64,000 nucleotides of DNA from a virus: the IMG/VR virus record IMGVR_UViG_3300025121_000886, positions 29,151-93,150 of that record; one strand, 5' to 3'. Position 1 is the stretch's first letter. Each line of letters starts with the position of its first letter. A model generated the notes under the pieces. The model searched no databases and was not told the DNA's origin. It saw only the letters and a list, made by a program, of their open reading frames with translations. Both the position numbers and the translations under genes were made by a program. This document shows positions 41,232 to 51,278 of the stretch, piece after piece.

Positions 41232-42850
41232 TAGGTGAATTTGACGAAAAAACACAATCCGCTTTTAATTCATACTATTTTGACAATTATTCTAAAGAAG
41301 GATATGGGGGAGAACGATCGGTTTTAAATATAGAAAACTTTTTATTAGTCCTTAAACAAGCAAAAATAATAATACCCGATAGAAAAAAGTTTAGAATATT
41401 AGAATTGGGTTGTGCTGATGGCAGAACAGTAAAAGAGTTAAGAGATTTAGGCTTTGATGCTTACGGTATTGAAATAAGTCAACATATGCTAAAAAAGGTT
41501 GAGCCTGAAATAAAAAAGTATATTTACTTTATGGATATCAGAAATCTAGAAATATTTAAAGATGATTCTTTCGATCTGGTGTATAGCAACAGTCTAATGT
41601 ATCTTAATCCAGAGGAACTTGATAATCATCTGGATGAACTTCATAGAATAAGCAAATACATTTTTGCACATATTCTATGCAAGGAAGATGCTTTTGTAAA
41701 ATATTTAGAGAAAGAAGATTCAGAAAAACTGTATTCTTATATCTCAAACTATAAAGAATTTCCAGAGATGGAATTCCTTTTTGCTACACATGGGTGGGAG
41801 TATGAAACACATATAATGCCAGAAGGATGGTCCGGATGGAATCTTTTTTGTAAAAATAGTTATGGAAAAGGGATGAGTAGATTAAAAACATATCTAGCTT
41901 CATCTGGAATATCTGAATTTACCGTGTTTGCCAGAGATTCTTTACAAAAAAGAAAAAAATCTGGGATAGAAACTTCCAGAAATATAACAGCTGGTCTCTG
42001 CATGAATAGAGCATTACAGTTTTGTAGATATCAATATCAATTTTTCATCCTAGATCAAGGATTTCATCCTCTTGTAACTGATCCTAATCAAATTACAGAA
42101 GGGGCTAAAGAATATTTAAAAAATTTAGATATAACTTCAATTTATGGAATTCCTGAAAAATTTGTAGATATTTTCACAGAATGTGGTTATAGAATAATTA
42201 ATGAAATGAAAGACCCTCTGTTTTCAATATCCAAGATATTAGAGGCATCTGGAAATAAATATCAAGAGATAAGAACCGCAAGAAAATTATATGAAGATGT
42301 CAACCCCCCTACACATAGCACAAAGCACATAAATCAGCTAAACTTCAGAAGTTTTTTTAGAGATAATGAAAAAGGCTATCTTGAATTACAAGATTTTGTA
42401 AAAAGACAAATAATAGAAATATCTAAGAAGCCAGATTTTACTATATTTTCTCTAAGAATATTGTCTAATGTATATTTAACTTATAAAAAGATATTGGAAG
42501 ATTTATATCACGAAATAAATTGTCCAGATACCTATAATTTACACGAATCTTGTATATTTGATACAAGCTGTGTAAATGGAGAGATTACCACAGATTCTGA
42601 TAAAATAATAGGATTTTGGTTAACCGCTCAAATGAATTCTGATACAGCCCTTCAAATATTTAGATTAGCAGATAGGTATTATACTTATTTAGCTGATTAT
42701 CTGGTTTATAGATCAGCCTGGGGACAGTTAAGGGATGTAGAATATATGAATGACATTGGTTTATTAGAAGAAGAACAACAAAACTTAAATATTTTTAAAG
42801 AAAGATATAAAGAGAAAGAAGTCATTTGCTTCAAAGCGGTAAAAATCTGA
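41228..42850 (+). CDS. Class I SAM methyltransferase fused to DUF2156-like domain, copy 2
   Basis: ILELGCADG...GIEIS...FKDDSFDL; C-term DPLFSISKILEASGNKYQEIR...MNSDTALQIFRLAD...VEYMNDIG; ATGA coupling to copy 1. Confidence 0.75.
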   Translation: MIGEFDEKTQSAFNSYYFDNYSKEGYGGERSVLNIENFLLVLKQAKIIIPDRKKFRILELGCADGRTVKELRDLGFDAYGIEISQHMLKKVEPEIKKYIYFMDIRNLEIFKDDSFDLVYSNSLMYLNPEELDNHLDELHRISKYIFAHILCKEDAFVKYLEKEDSEKLYSYISNYKEFPEMEFLFATHGWEYETHIMPEGWSGWNLFCKNSYGKGMSRLKTYLASSGISEFTVFARDSLQKRKKSGIETSRNITAGLCMNRALQFCRYQYQFFILDQGFHPLVTDPNQITEGAKEYLKNLDITSIYGIPEKFVDIFTECGYRIINEMKDPLFSISKILEASGNKYQEIRTARKLYEDVNPPTHSTKHINQLNFRSFFRDNEKGYLELQDFVKRQIIEISKKPDFTIFSLRILSNVYLTYKKILEDLYHEINCPDTYNLHESCIFDTSCVNGEITTDSDKIIGFWLTAQMNSDTALQIFRLADRYYTYLADYLVYRSAWGQLRDVEYMNDIGLLEEEQQNLNIFKERYKEKEVICFKAVKI

Positions 42851-42853
42851 TAT

Positions 42854-43393
42854 TTAGATGAAACCCAACCAAGAAACACTCGTTTTATTTTGATCATATA
42901 ATATTTCTAAAATATGAGTATCTTCTTCCCCACATTGTTCACACAAAAACTCGATATTAATACAATCATCTCCAGCACACTCTTTTGGTTCAAACCTTGA
43001 GGTTAGCACACCCCCACGATTAAAAATAGAGACCGTTCCTGGACCAGCCTCTTTATCCCTGAAGAATGATTTAACTGATTTCTGAGTTAAATTTATGCCT
43101 CCACATCGAGGACATAATAAAGCATCACCTTTCAACTGTATTGATTTTGATACGGGTATTAGCATCTTTTTTTCAAACCAACCATTTTTCAAAATAACCC
43201 ATTTCCCACCTTTATAATCAACACGCTTGTCTATTACTGCTCTTTCTTGATCTTCATTCATGACTTTTTCAGGACATTCTGTGGGCAAAGAACTTTCTGC
43301 TCCCCCACAAACGGTACAGTGTTTTAACCCACCATCACAAATAAAACAAGAATCAAGTTGACAACCAATGTGTTCTTCAAAAATATGTTCCAT
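42854..43393 (-). CDS. Hypothetical multi-zinc-finger protein
   Basis: CFICDGGLKHCTVCGGAE, CPRC, CEQC. Confidence 0.65.
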   Translation of the reverse strand: MEHIFEEHIGCQLDSCFICDGGLKHCTVCGGAESSLPTECPEKVMNEDQERAVIDKRVDYKGGKWVILKNGWFEKKMLIPVSKSIQLKGDALLCPRCGGINLTQKSVKSFFRDKEAGPGTVSIFNRGGVLTSRFEPKECAGDDCINIEFLCEQCGEEDTHILEILYDQNKTSVSWLGFI

Positions 43394-43422
43394 CTTTTAT
43401 CCTTTATTAAAAATTTAAAGTT

Positions 43423-43755
43423 TTAAAACCATTGCCCCCACCTGAACCAGCCGTCCTTCATATCCCCCCACCATCGCTCTATATTATCTTCATCCATACG
43501 ATGGGATCTATCTTTTATTGCCTCTAAACATAACTCCCAAACCACCTTGTTCATCAATCCACATGCTCCTTTACCATAAAACTTTTTTCTTAAATATCCT
43601 TTACTCTCCAAAACTTTTAGGTAATCAACAACACCTGTAATAGATATTTTAAAATGTTCTTTTATTTCTCGATAAATTGGGGCTATATTCTTTTCCTCTA
43701 TTGTTTTTATTATAAAGTCAAGAACAGCCCGCTGATGATCCGTTAAAGGTTTCAC
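43423..43755 (-). CDS. LexA-type winged-HTH DNA-binding domain protein lacking the peptidase domain
   Basis: LTDHQRAVLDFI...P.YREI..HF.IS...V..YLKVLESKGYL matches the LexA N-domain; 110 aa only. Confidence 0.8.
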   Translation of the reverse strand: MKPLTDHQRAVLDFIIKTIEEKNIAPIYREIKEHFKISITGVVDYLKVLESKGYLRKKFYGKGACGLMNKVVWELCLEAIKDRSHRMDEDNIERWWGDMKDGWFRWGQWF

Positions 43756-43817
43756 AAATTTTCTCCTTATGAAAATATTGAATTTATAGAAAACAACAAA
43801 AATTTTTCAGAATCTAT

Positions 43818-44024
43818 CTATATACAACCGTCGATATCACAATATCCAACCCTAACAAGTTCTTTAAATTCAGCTTCCGTCAACTCTTTACAAGTGACAT
43901 TTGATTTATCTTCTTCTGAAATACCGCTATCTTCCACAAATTTATTCATGGCACTTTTCTTATTCGTTGCTTCATATACACCCATAGGTGTATTGTTCAA
44001 TTCGATCTGAAATCTCTTTTTCAT
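43818..44024 (-). CDS. Hypothetical protein
   Basis: ORF with AAGGA RBS. Confidence 0.55.
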   Translation of the reverse strand: MKKRFQIELNNTPMGVYEATNKKSAMNKFVEDSGISEEDKSNVTCKELTEAEFKELVRVGYCDIDGCI

Positions 44025-44228
44025 AATATTTTTCCTTTAAATAATTTTATAAATAACTTTTTGGTTACAATTGCCCTTTTATCTTATTTTACAGGAAAAC
44101 CCTTTAAAAAGAAGTGCTAAATTAACAGACTAACAAAAATAAATTGTGATAACCCAAAAAACTGTAAAGAGTCAATATACAAAGGGAGATACCAAACATA
44201 AATAATTAAAAATATAAAGGGAGATGAT

Positions 44229-47200
44229 GTGAAATTTAACCCAAATTTAGAAGCTTACATAAAATCTATATCTATAAAATTTTCTCGAAAAGAAACAAGT
44301 GAAATGGGCTACCGCTCTGATTTTGAAGTTTTAATTAAAAATATTTTAGAACCGATCATAAATAACCTCAAAATAGATCATGATGCCAAGGCTCAAGAAG
44401 GAAACAAGCCAGACTTTATCCTTTCAGAGGGTGATTTACCAATTTTATACATAGAAACAAAAAATATAGGGGTATCTTTAGATAAATCAGAAAAATCTAA
44501 GCAATTAAATCGATATTATAATTATACAAACCTGATTCTAACCGATTATATCGAATTCAGATTTTATAGAAATGGATATCAATATAACAAACCAATAAAA
44601 ATTGCTCACTATGATATAAAAAACCGAACCTTGCTACCAATAGCAGAAAACTTTAAAGATGTCATAGATACAATAATAAACATGGCAAAATCCTATAAAG
44701 AACCTATTAGATCAAGCAAACGTCTTGCCGAAATAATGGGAGGAAAAGCAAAAAGAATCCGGGATGAAATAAAAAGCTATGTTTTTGAAGAAACAAAAAA
44801 AAATGAAAACATCTTAAAATTATACAAAATAATAAAAGATCAACTTGTTTCAAATTTAACCATAGATTCATTTGCTGATATGTATGCACAGACCATTGTC
44901 TATGGCTTATTTATAGCGAAGTTTAATAATGATATAAAAAATAGTTTTAATAGACAGATAGCCAGAGACCTAATTCCAGAATCAAACTCTTTATTAAGAC
45001 ACTTTTTTGATCATATTACAGGTGCTGATTTTGATAAAAGATTAGAGTATATTGTTAATGAATTATGTGATTTGTTTTCATGTACCGACATAAAAAAAAT
45101 AATGATGGAAGATTACTCTAAAGATGACTTTGACTGTGATCCTATAATACACTTTTATGAAAACTTTCTGCAAGAATATGATATTAATATCAAAAAAAAG
45201 TTTGGAGCATTTTATACACCTTCCCCAATAGTCAATTTTATTGTTAAATCTGTTGATTATCTTTTACAGAATGAGTTTGATATTAAATTAGGTATAGCGA
45301 GTACATTAAAACTCGAAAATGGAGACCACCGAGTTCAAATATTAGATCCTTCTGTAGGTACAGGAACTTTTCTTGACAAAGTTATTTCAATTATTCATGA
45401 AAAGCTATGTAAATCAAGTCAAGGAGGAAGATGGACAAAATATGTTAATGATAATGTTCTCCCACGTATACACGGCTTTGAAATTATGATGACTCCTTAT
45501 ATAATTGCACATTTAAAATTAAGAATGACTTTATACCAAACAAAATGTGAAACCATAGACAATAAAATTAATATTTATTTGACAAACTCTTTAGATGAAA
45601 AAGTTTTACAAAAAGAATTATTTTCCGATTTCGGTTTTTTGGGAAGTATTGCAATGGAATCAAAAGAAGCCGCAGTAATAAAGAATGAGAAACCAATCAT
45701 GGTTGTTATTGGAAACCCACCGTATAGTGTAAGTTCTTCAAATAAAGGTAAATGGATACAGAATTTAATCAAGGACTATAAGAAAGACCTTGGTGAACGA
45801 AAGATAAACCTTGATGATGACTATATCAAATTCATTCGCTTCGCCGAACATTTCATAGAAAAAAACAACGGTGGTATCGTGGCGATGATAACTAATAATT
45901 CATTTATAGACGGTATTACCCATCGCCAAATGAGGAAACATCTCCTTGACACATTTGATGATATTTACATCTTTGATCTTCACGGCAGTTCAAAGAAAAA
46001 AGAAAAAGCGCCTGATGGGGGGAAGGATGAGAATGTATTTGATATTCAACAAGGAGTGTCGATTTCTATATTTATACGCAGAGTAGGAGAAAAGAAAGGT
46101 CTCGCCATTGTTCATCATACTGAGTTATACGGCAAGAGGGCGGATAAATTTCATATGCTCAACGAAAGCGATATACAGACAGTTAAGTGGAAGAATCTTG
46201 ATTACTCCGAACCATATTATTTCTTTGTGCCGAAAGATTTTGGGTTGGAAGAGGAATACGGAAAGGGATTTAAGATTGATGAGTTGTTTAGAGTCTCGAA
46301 TTCCGGTGTAAAGACAGACCGGGACACGTTGTTTATTGATATGGATAAGAGTGTATTGGAAAAGCGGATTCAAAAACTTCTTTCAGAAGATTATGATGAG
46401 AATTTCAAACAAGAATTTCGTGTCTTCAATTCGGGAAGTTATAAATTAACGGAAAAAGTGAAGGGGAAATCGTTTGATGAGAATTATGTACAGCCTGTCC
46501 AATATAGACCATTCGATTATCAGTGGATTTATTATGATCCTTCTTTGGTCAGTCGTCCTGCAAATAAAGTAATGTCGCATATTGTCGGAAAAGAAAATAT
46601 GGCCATTGTTACTGCTCGTCAATTTGGTGGTGGCTCACATTTTATCTGTCTTATCACAAAAACTGTATCTGAGATTAGTTCTCAACCTTATGCCCCATAT
46701 ACCCTTTTTCCTATTTATCTCTACTCCAAAGACGGCTCGTGTGTACCAAATATCAAAAAAGAAATTGTCGATGAGATTGAAAATATTGTCGGTAAAGTAT
46801 CTCCTGAAAATATCTTCGATTATATTTACGCCGTTCTCCACTCCCCCAGTTATCGAGAAAAATATAAGGAATTTCTGAAAATTGATTTTCCACGGGTATC
46901 ATATCCGAAAGACGCTGAAAGTTTTAAAGAGCTTATCGCCTTTGGTGCTGAATTACGTTCACTCCACCTCCTTGAATCCCCAAAGGTAAACCAATTCATC
47001 ACTACGTATCCCATTGAAGGCTCAGATACCATTGAAAAATTAGCTTACAAAGACGGCAATGTATTTATTAACAAAGATCAGTACTTTGGCAACGTTCCAG
47101 AGATTGCATGGAATTTTTACATTGGAGGCTATCAACCAGCACAAAAATGGTTAAAAGACCGAAAAGAACGAGTCCTCAATAATGAAGATATTGAACATTA

Positions 47201-47276
47201 TCAGAAAATCATTGTAGCACTAACAGAAACGGATAGAATCATGAAGAAAATAGATCAAGCATTTATCTGTCCATAA
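44229..47276 (+). CDS. Single-chain type IIG/ISP-like restriction-modification enzyme (nuclease + N6-adenine MTase + TRD)
   Basis: PD-(D/E)xK KPDF...IETK; GAFYTP; LDPSVGTGTF; GNPPY; C-terminal IGGYQ..QKWLKDRK. Confidence 0.88.
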   Translation: MKFNPNLEAYIKSISIKFSRKETSEMGYRSDFEVLIKNILEPIINNLKIDHDAKAQEGNKPDFILSEGDLPILYIETKNIGVSLDKSEKSKQLNRYYNYTNLILTDYIEFRFYRNGYQYNKPIKIAHYDIKNRTLLPIAENFKDVIDTIINMAKSYKEPIRSSKRLAEIMGGKAKRIRDEIKSYVFEETKKNENILKLYKIIKDQLVSNLTIDSFADMYAQTIVYGLFIAKFNNDIKNSFNRQIARDLIPESNSLLRHFFDHITGADFDKRLEYIVNELCDLFSCTDIKKIMMEDYSKDDFDCDPIIHFYENFLQEYDINIKKKFGAFYTPSPIVNFIVKSVDYLLQNEFDIKLGIASTLKLENGDHRVQILDPSVGTGTFLDKVISIIHEKLCKSSQGGRWTKYVNDNVLPRIHGFEIMMTPYIIAHLKLRMTLYQTKCETIDNKINIYLTNSLDEKVLQKELFSDFGFLGSIAMESKEAAVIKNEKPIMVVIGNPPYSVSSSNKGKWIQNLIKDYKKDLGERKINLDDDYIKFIRFAEHFIEKNNGGIVAMITNNSFIDGITHRQMRKHLLDTFDDIYIFDLHGSSKKKEKAPDGGKDENVFDIQQGVSISIFIRRVGEKKGLAIVHHTELYGKRADKFHMLNESDIQTVKWKNLDYSEPYYFFVPKDFGLEEEYGKGFKIDELFRVSNSGVKTDRDTLFIDMDKSVLEKRIQKLLSEDYDENFKQEFRVFNSGSYKLTEKVKGKSFDENYVQPVQYRPFDYQWIYYDPSLVSRPANKVMSHIVGKENMAIVTARQFGGGSHFICLITKTVSEISSQPYAPYTLFPIYLYSKDGSCVPNIKKEIVDEIENIVGKVSPENIFDYIYAVLHSPSYREKYKEFLKIDFPRVSYPKDAESFKELIAFGAELRSLHLLESPKVNQFITTYPIEGSDTIEKLAYKDGNVFINKDQYFGNVPEIAWNFYIGGYQPAQKWLKDRKERVLNNEDIEHYQKIIVALTETDRIMKKIDQAFICP

Positions 47277-47292
47277 AAAACGTGAGAGCATA

Positions 47293-47508
47293 ATGAAAAA
47301 TATCGAGTTAGAAACCAACCCCCACATAAACAAACTTCTTAAAATAAAACAAATAATAAAAGAAGGTTGCCTATGTATTTATTGTATCAAAAGAAACAGT
47401 AGGGGTAAAAATCGATATGATCGAGGGGAAAATGTCGGAAGAAGCAGAAAAACCAACAGAAATTGGAAAAAATACAGAAAACAACAATGGAAAACAAAAA
47501 ATCATTGA
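47293..47508 (+). CDS. Small basic hypothetical protein
   Basis: CIYC; RNWKKYRKQQWK. Confidence 0.5.
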   Translation: MKNIELETNPHINKLLKIKQIIKEGCLCIYCIKRNSRGKNRYDRGENVGRSRKTNRNWKKYRKQQWKTKNH

Positions 47509-48701
47509 ATTCTTTTCATACTTAAAACAGCTTCAACCGGAACTCTATATTCTCTCTCTGGTGCATGATATGTAATACCCTTTGTGGTCATATCGATGTC
47601 ACATTCTAAAATTCCAGCGTCTTTGACATTTTTATTTTTATATTGTCTCAAAGCATCCCCTCTAATTCCCGATGAAATAACTGGATTTCTCCTCAATTTG
47701 GACACCCAAAAATAATGAGTATAATACTCAAATACTTCTTCTGAATTCTCAGGGGGATAATTGTGTATTGTTCCCTCATCATATGCAGTTTTAGGATCAA
47801 GACCCTCAGAAATATACCATTTTCTAATATCATCCCATTTGAGATCACCATTAGCGATCATTATCACCTCTTTTAACACCCTCAAAATATCCCGAGCTAT
47901 ATAAAGATCTGTGGTGAATGATATTTTATCTGAATCACCTAACCCTAAACCTCTTCTATCATCAGGAACTTCCTTCTTAAACCAATTTTTTATAATATCA
48001 TCTGCATGAATTGTAGCATGGTATAATTTCTCAACCTTGTCTGGATCGGGTTTGTATTCCAAATCCATCTTCTGTAACCTGTACTCTTCATTTATTTTAG
48101 ATTGTAATTCAGGTATAAATTTGGCTATATCCTGAAATAAACTTGTCATCTTCTTAATAAGATCAAGATACTCTTTTTTATTTTTATCAGTATTATATTC
48201 TCCAAAATTCTCTTCTAGAGCATCTTTATATTTAAAAAGATAATCATCAATAAATTTTAGATCAAATCTAGATTTTAATAATTTTACGGATCCTTCAAGT
48301 TCTGAATATTTATTAGAAGCATTAGATTCATATGCCTTAAATAAATAGCGTAATACCCCTCTAATTTCATCACAGACCTTCGATAATATTAAAATAGGGG
48401 TTCTGTTAAGGTCGCCTCCATTTTTTATCGTATCATCAATGAAAAGCTCAAAATTACTATTCTCCTCATATTTAGCTACAACATCCACAGACAACTCTGC
48501 TAATAAAGAAGCATATTTTTCTAGCTTTTTAGCATTATTCTTAAGATAAACAAACCATTTTCTCGGGGGGTTAACCACCTTGGCAAACTTAATAAGTTTG
48601 TCATATCCCATATCTTCCAATATATTCAACATTTTTGTGAATTTATTCATAGGCTCAAAAACCTTTTTTAGCAAATTGATTATTAAATTTAAAAAGTTCA
48701 T
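47502..48701 (-). CDS. Putative ADP-ribosyltransferase-fold protein with shared helical tag
   Basis: LYHAT...ISFTTD...PEREYRV triad in the C-terminal domain; N-terminal MLNILEDMGYDKL. Confidence 0.55.
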   Translation of the reverse strand: MNFLNLIINLLKKVFEPMNKFTKMLNILEDMGYDKLIKFAKVVNPPRKWFVYLKNNAKKLEKYASLLAELSVDVVAKYEENSNFELFIDDTIKNGGDLNRTPILILSKVCDEIRGVLRYLFKAYESNASNKYSELEGSVKLLKSRFDLKFIDDYLFKYKDALEENFGEYNTDKNKKEYLDLIKKMTSLFQDIAKFIPELQSKINEEYRLQKMDLEYKPDPDKVEKLYHATIHADDIIKNWFKKEVPDDRRGLGLGDSDKISFTTDLYIARDILRVLKEVIMIANGDLKWDDIRKWYISEGLDPKTAYDEGTIHNYPPENSEEVFEYYTHYFWVSKLRRNPVISSGIRGDALRQYKNKNVKDAGILECDIDMTTKGITYHAPEREYRVPVEAVLSMKRIQ

Positions 48702-48788
48702 GTTTTTTAAATAAATTCTATGAGAAATATTTGTTAGTCTTATACTAAAAAATTAAATAAATTTAAAGAGAAATTTGACTTGTTTTAA

Positions 48789-49991
48789 TCAATCAAACAG
48801 TTTTTTCATCGAGGTAATAACAACATTCAATAAATTATTTTTCTTATCCCTAAGCTTTTCTCGGGCTATTCTATTTTCTGCCAACTTTATATAATTTGGA
48901 TTTAACTCTATCCCAATATAATCCTTTCCTTGATCTTTAGCTACAATACCGACCGTCCCACTCCCAAAGAAAGGATCTAAGACAACCCCCGGTCTAAAAC
49001 CGACATCACAGTTACAACAAGCCTCTTCTCTAAAAGGAACATCACATTTTAGGCATACTTTTTCCGGACACCCTGCATCTAAGGGAGATATTATCAATTT
49101 TTTTGGAAAAGTGGCAAAATGCGACCCTCCCTGAAAACTCTCTGTATTTATATCCCACACCGATCTTTTATTTTTACCTTTGGGGTTTGGACGCATATTT
49201 CTATCATGATAAATTTTTTGACCTGTACCTTCATCCCACAAGCTAACACCTTTGGCATTCAAATTATCCCCACCCCATCTATCTAAGGGTTTTGTATATG
49301 GATCAAATTGTTGTTTAAAAAAATAATTTTTATTCTTAGAGAAAAAGAATAGATATTCAAAGTCAACAGTGTACCTATTAGAAACCGGACTGGGTATACA
49401 ATTAGGCTTTCTCCAAATAATAGTATTTCTGAGCAAAAAACCTTTTTTAATCATACCCAATGCAAAAAGAAATGGTATTCCTACTAAAGATTGTGTTCTA
49501 ACAGGAGTCTCATTAACACCACCCCTATAACCTTGTAATTTACCCCAACTCCCCCCATAGGTATCCCCAATGTTTACCCAACAAGTCCCATCATCTCGTA
49601 AAACACGACATACTCCATCAAAAATATCACATAAATTATCAATAAATAAATCAGGGTTTGGCTCATTTCCTAAAGAACCCAGCCAAGCTTTACAGTATAC
49701 ACAAAATCTTCCATGATCGATAAATACCTCATTAATACTCTTTTTTTGATTACCTACAGTCGCACTTGACCCTGAGCTGTTCCCACGCTGTCTCGACATC
49801 ATCTCCCCTCCCCAAACATGCTTACAAGAAACATCCCCACCCCATATTAAAGGTTCTGTCTTGTAATTTCTCAAGCCCCAATAAGGAGGAGACGTGATAC
49901 ACGTATTAATACTATTATCTGGAATGTTTTCTAATACCTCCAGAGAATTTCCTTGATGTATTTTATTTAAAAACTCTTTAATATCTCTCAT
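48789..49991 (-). CDS. Orphan DNA methyltransferase (N4-C/N6-A, beta class)
   Basis: TSPPYWGLR before HFATFP and VLDPFFGSGT. Confidence 0.9.
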   Translation of the reverse strand: MRDIKEFLNKIHQGNSLEVLENIPDNSINTCITSPPYWGLRNYKTEPLIWGGDVSCKHVWGGEMMSRQRGNSSGSSATVGNQKKSINEVFIDHGRFCVYCKAWLGSLGNEPNPDLFIDNLCDIFDGVCRVLRDDGTCWVNIGDTYGGSWGKLQGYRGGVNETPVRTQSLVGIPFLFALGMIKKGFLLRNTIIWRKPNCIPSPVSNRYTVDFEYLFFFSKNKNYFFKQQFDPYTKPLDRWGGDNLNAKGVSLWDEGTGQKIYHDRNMRPNPKGKNKRSVWDINTESFQGGSHFATFPKKLIISPLDAGCPEKVCLKCDVPFREEACCNCDVGFRPGVVLDPFFGSGTVGIVAKDQGKDYIGIELNPNYIKLAENRIAREKLRDKKNNLLNVVITSMKKLFD

Positions 49992-50476
49992 TAAACAACT
50001 TCCACTTTTTCAGACTTTTTCTTTTCGAGCAAGACCAGCGTATGTTTCTCATCTTTGAACTCTTCATCAATCATCTTCTTAATAAATTTCCAATCTCCAC
50101 CAGCTAAACCAGCACCAATCTTAGGATATGCTATACGCTTTCCATGAAAAGTTTCTTTAACTTTCCGTAAACAACTCCTTAACGCTTCATAAGAAACTCT
50201 TCTACCATTGCCACCCTTATAATGAAATTGTGTATAACAATTTACAACCATAAATTTATGGCCATTGCGCTCAACAAGAGCATAAGATATTTTTCCCAAC
50301 TTTTTGGGATCACCCTTTGGGGTCTTTAAATCTGCCAAAAAAGCTTCTTTAAAAGTGTTTTTAATCTCTAACGCTATACCTGCACCCATTGTACAATAGC
50401 AATTACAACCATGTAATATAATATCAAAATCACCATTGGAAGCCATTTCTAACAAGTTTCCTGTGACAACCTCCAT
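49991..50476 (-). CDS. Macro domain protein (ADP-ribose binding/hydrolase)
   Basis: GNLL...HGCNC..TMGAGIA...YTQF...PKIGAGLAGGDW. Confidence 0.9.
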   Translation of the reverse strand: MEVVTGNLLEMASNGDFDIILHGCNCYCTMGAGIALEIKNTFKEAFLADLKTPKGDPKKLGKISYALVERNGHKFMVVNCYTQFHYKGGNGRRVSYEALRSCLRKVKETFHGKRIAYPKIGAGLAGGDWKFIKKMIDEEFKDEKHTLVLLEKKKSEKVEVV

Positions 50477-50477
50477 A

Positions 50478-50672
50478 CTATTTCTCCTTAGATTGATTAA
50501 AAGAACTAATAAAATTATTCTTTGAAAAATTATGATAAAGATATTCTTTAGAAATACCCAATCCTAGACAAATATTAGAGAACTGTGTATCACACATAAG
50601 TTGAACTCTTCGCAAAGCAGTTATAGCATCTAATTCATATTCTGATATATTTATCGTTTTAACTTCTTCCAT
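50478..50672 (-). CDS. Hypothetical protein
   Basis: ORF with AAGGA RBS. Confidence 0.5.
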   Translation of the reverse strand: MEEVKTINISEYELDAITALRRVQLMCDTQFSNICLGLGISKEYLYHNFSKNNFISSFNQSKEK

Positions 50673-50705
50673 TAAATATCCTTTCTCTAATATTGATCTC
50701 AGACT

Positions 50706-50743
50706 TTATATTTACAGAATATAAGCCATTCCTGTAAATATAA
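50706..50743. promoter_or_regulatory. Inverted repeat carrying back-to-back CTGTAAAT motifs between divergent operons
   Basis: TTATATTTACAG-14 nt-CTGTAAATATAA. Confidence 0.55.
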
Positions 50744-50784
50744 AATAAATAATATAAAATATATCACATCTAAAGGAAAAACAC

Positions 50785-51252
50785 ATGCCCCAATTTAATC
50801 AAAAAACAGCTACAAGACAAACACCCCAATATTTTCAATGTTTAAATGGTTACAGTTCAGGAAATATCTTAACAGATGCCATAATAGGTCGTTATTACAC
50901 TTGGATCGGTGAATGGATACAAAGCCCAGAGGATGTAAAAGACCGAGATAAAAATCCCGTGATGAGATTACATCCCCTCTGTGATGATGAATATCAACAT
51001 TCTATAATTGGCGATATTTCCGATTTTAAGCCATTAACCACAAAAGAAGAAATTGAGGATATGTGGGTTATCACCTCTAGAAATGTTGTTGAATCAAATG
51101 TCGAAATAAAATTCACCTTTTTAGAAAAAATAAACATCTTATTGTTTGGAAAAATGTATATCCATGAAAAAATATGTTTAGATTGTCCAAGCTATGATCT
51201 CAAAAAGATAATAACTAACATAACCATCCCCAATGTCTTTAACAAAAAATAA
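50785..51252 (+). CDS. Hypothetical protein
   Basis: ORF with AAGGA RBS. Confidence 0.6.
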   Translation: MPQFNQKTATRQTPQYFQCLNGYSSGNILTDAIIGRYYTWIGEWIQSPEDVKDRDKNPVMRLHPLCDDEYQHSIIGDISDFKPLTTKEEIEDMWVITSRNVVESNVEIKFTFLEKINILLFGKMYIHEKICLDCPSYDLKKIITNITIPNVFNKK

Positions 51253-51278
51253 GCTCATAACATAAAAGGAGATAATTC

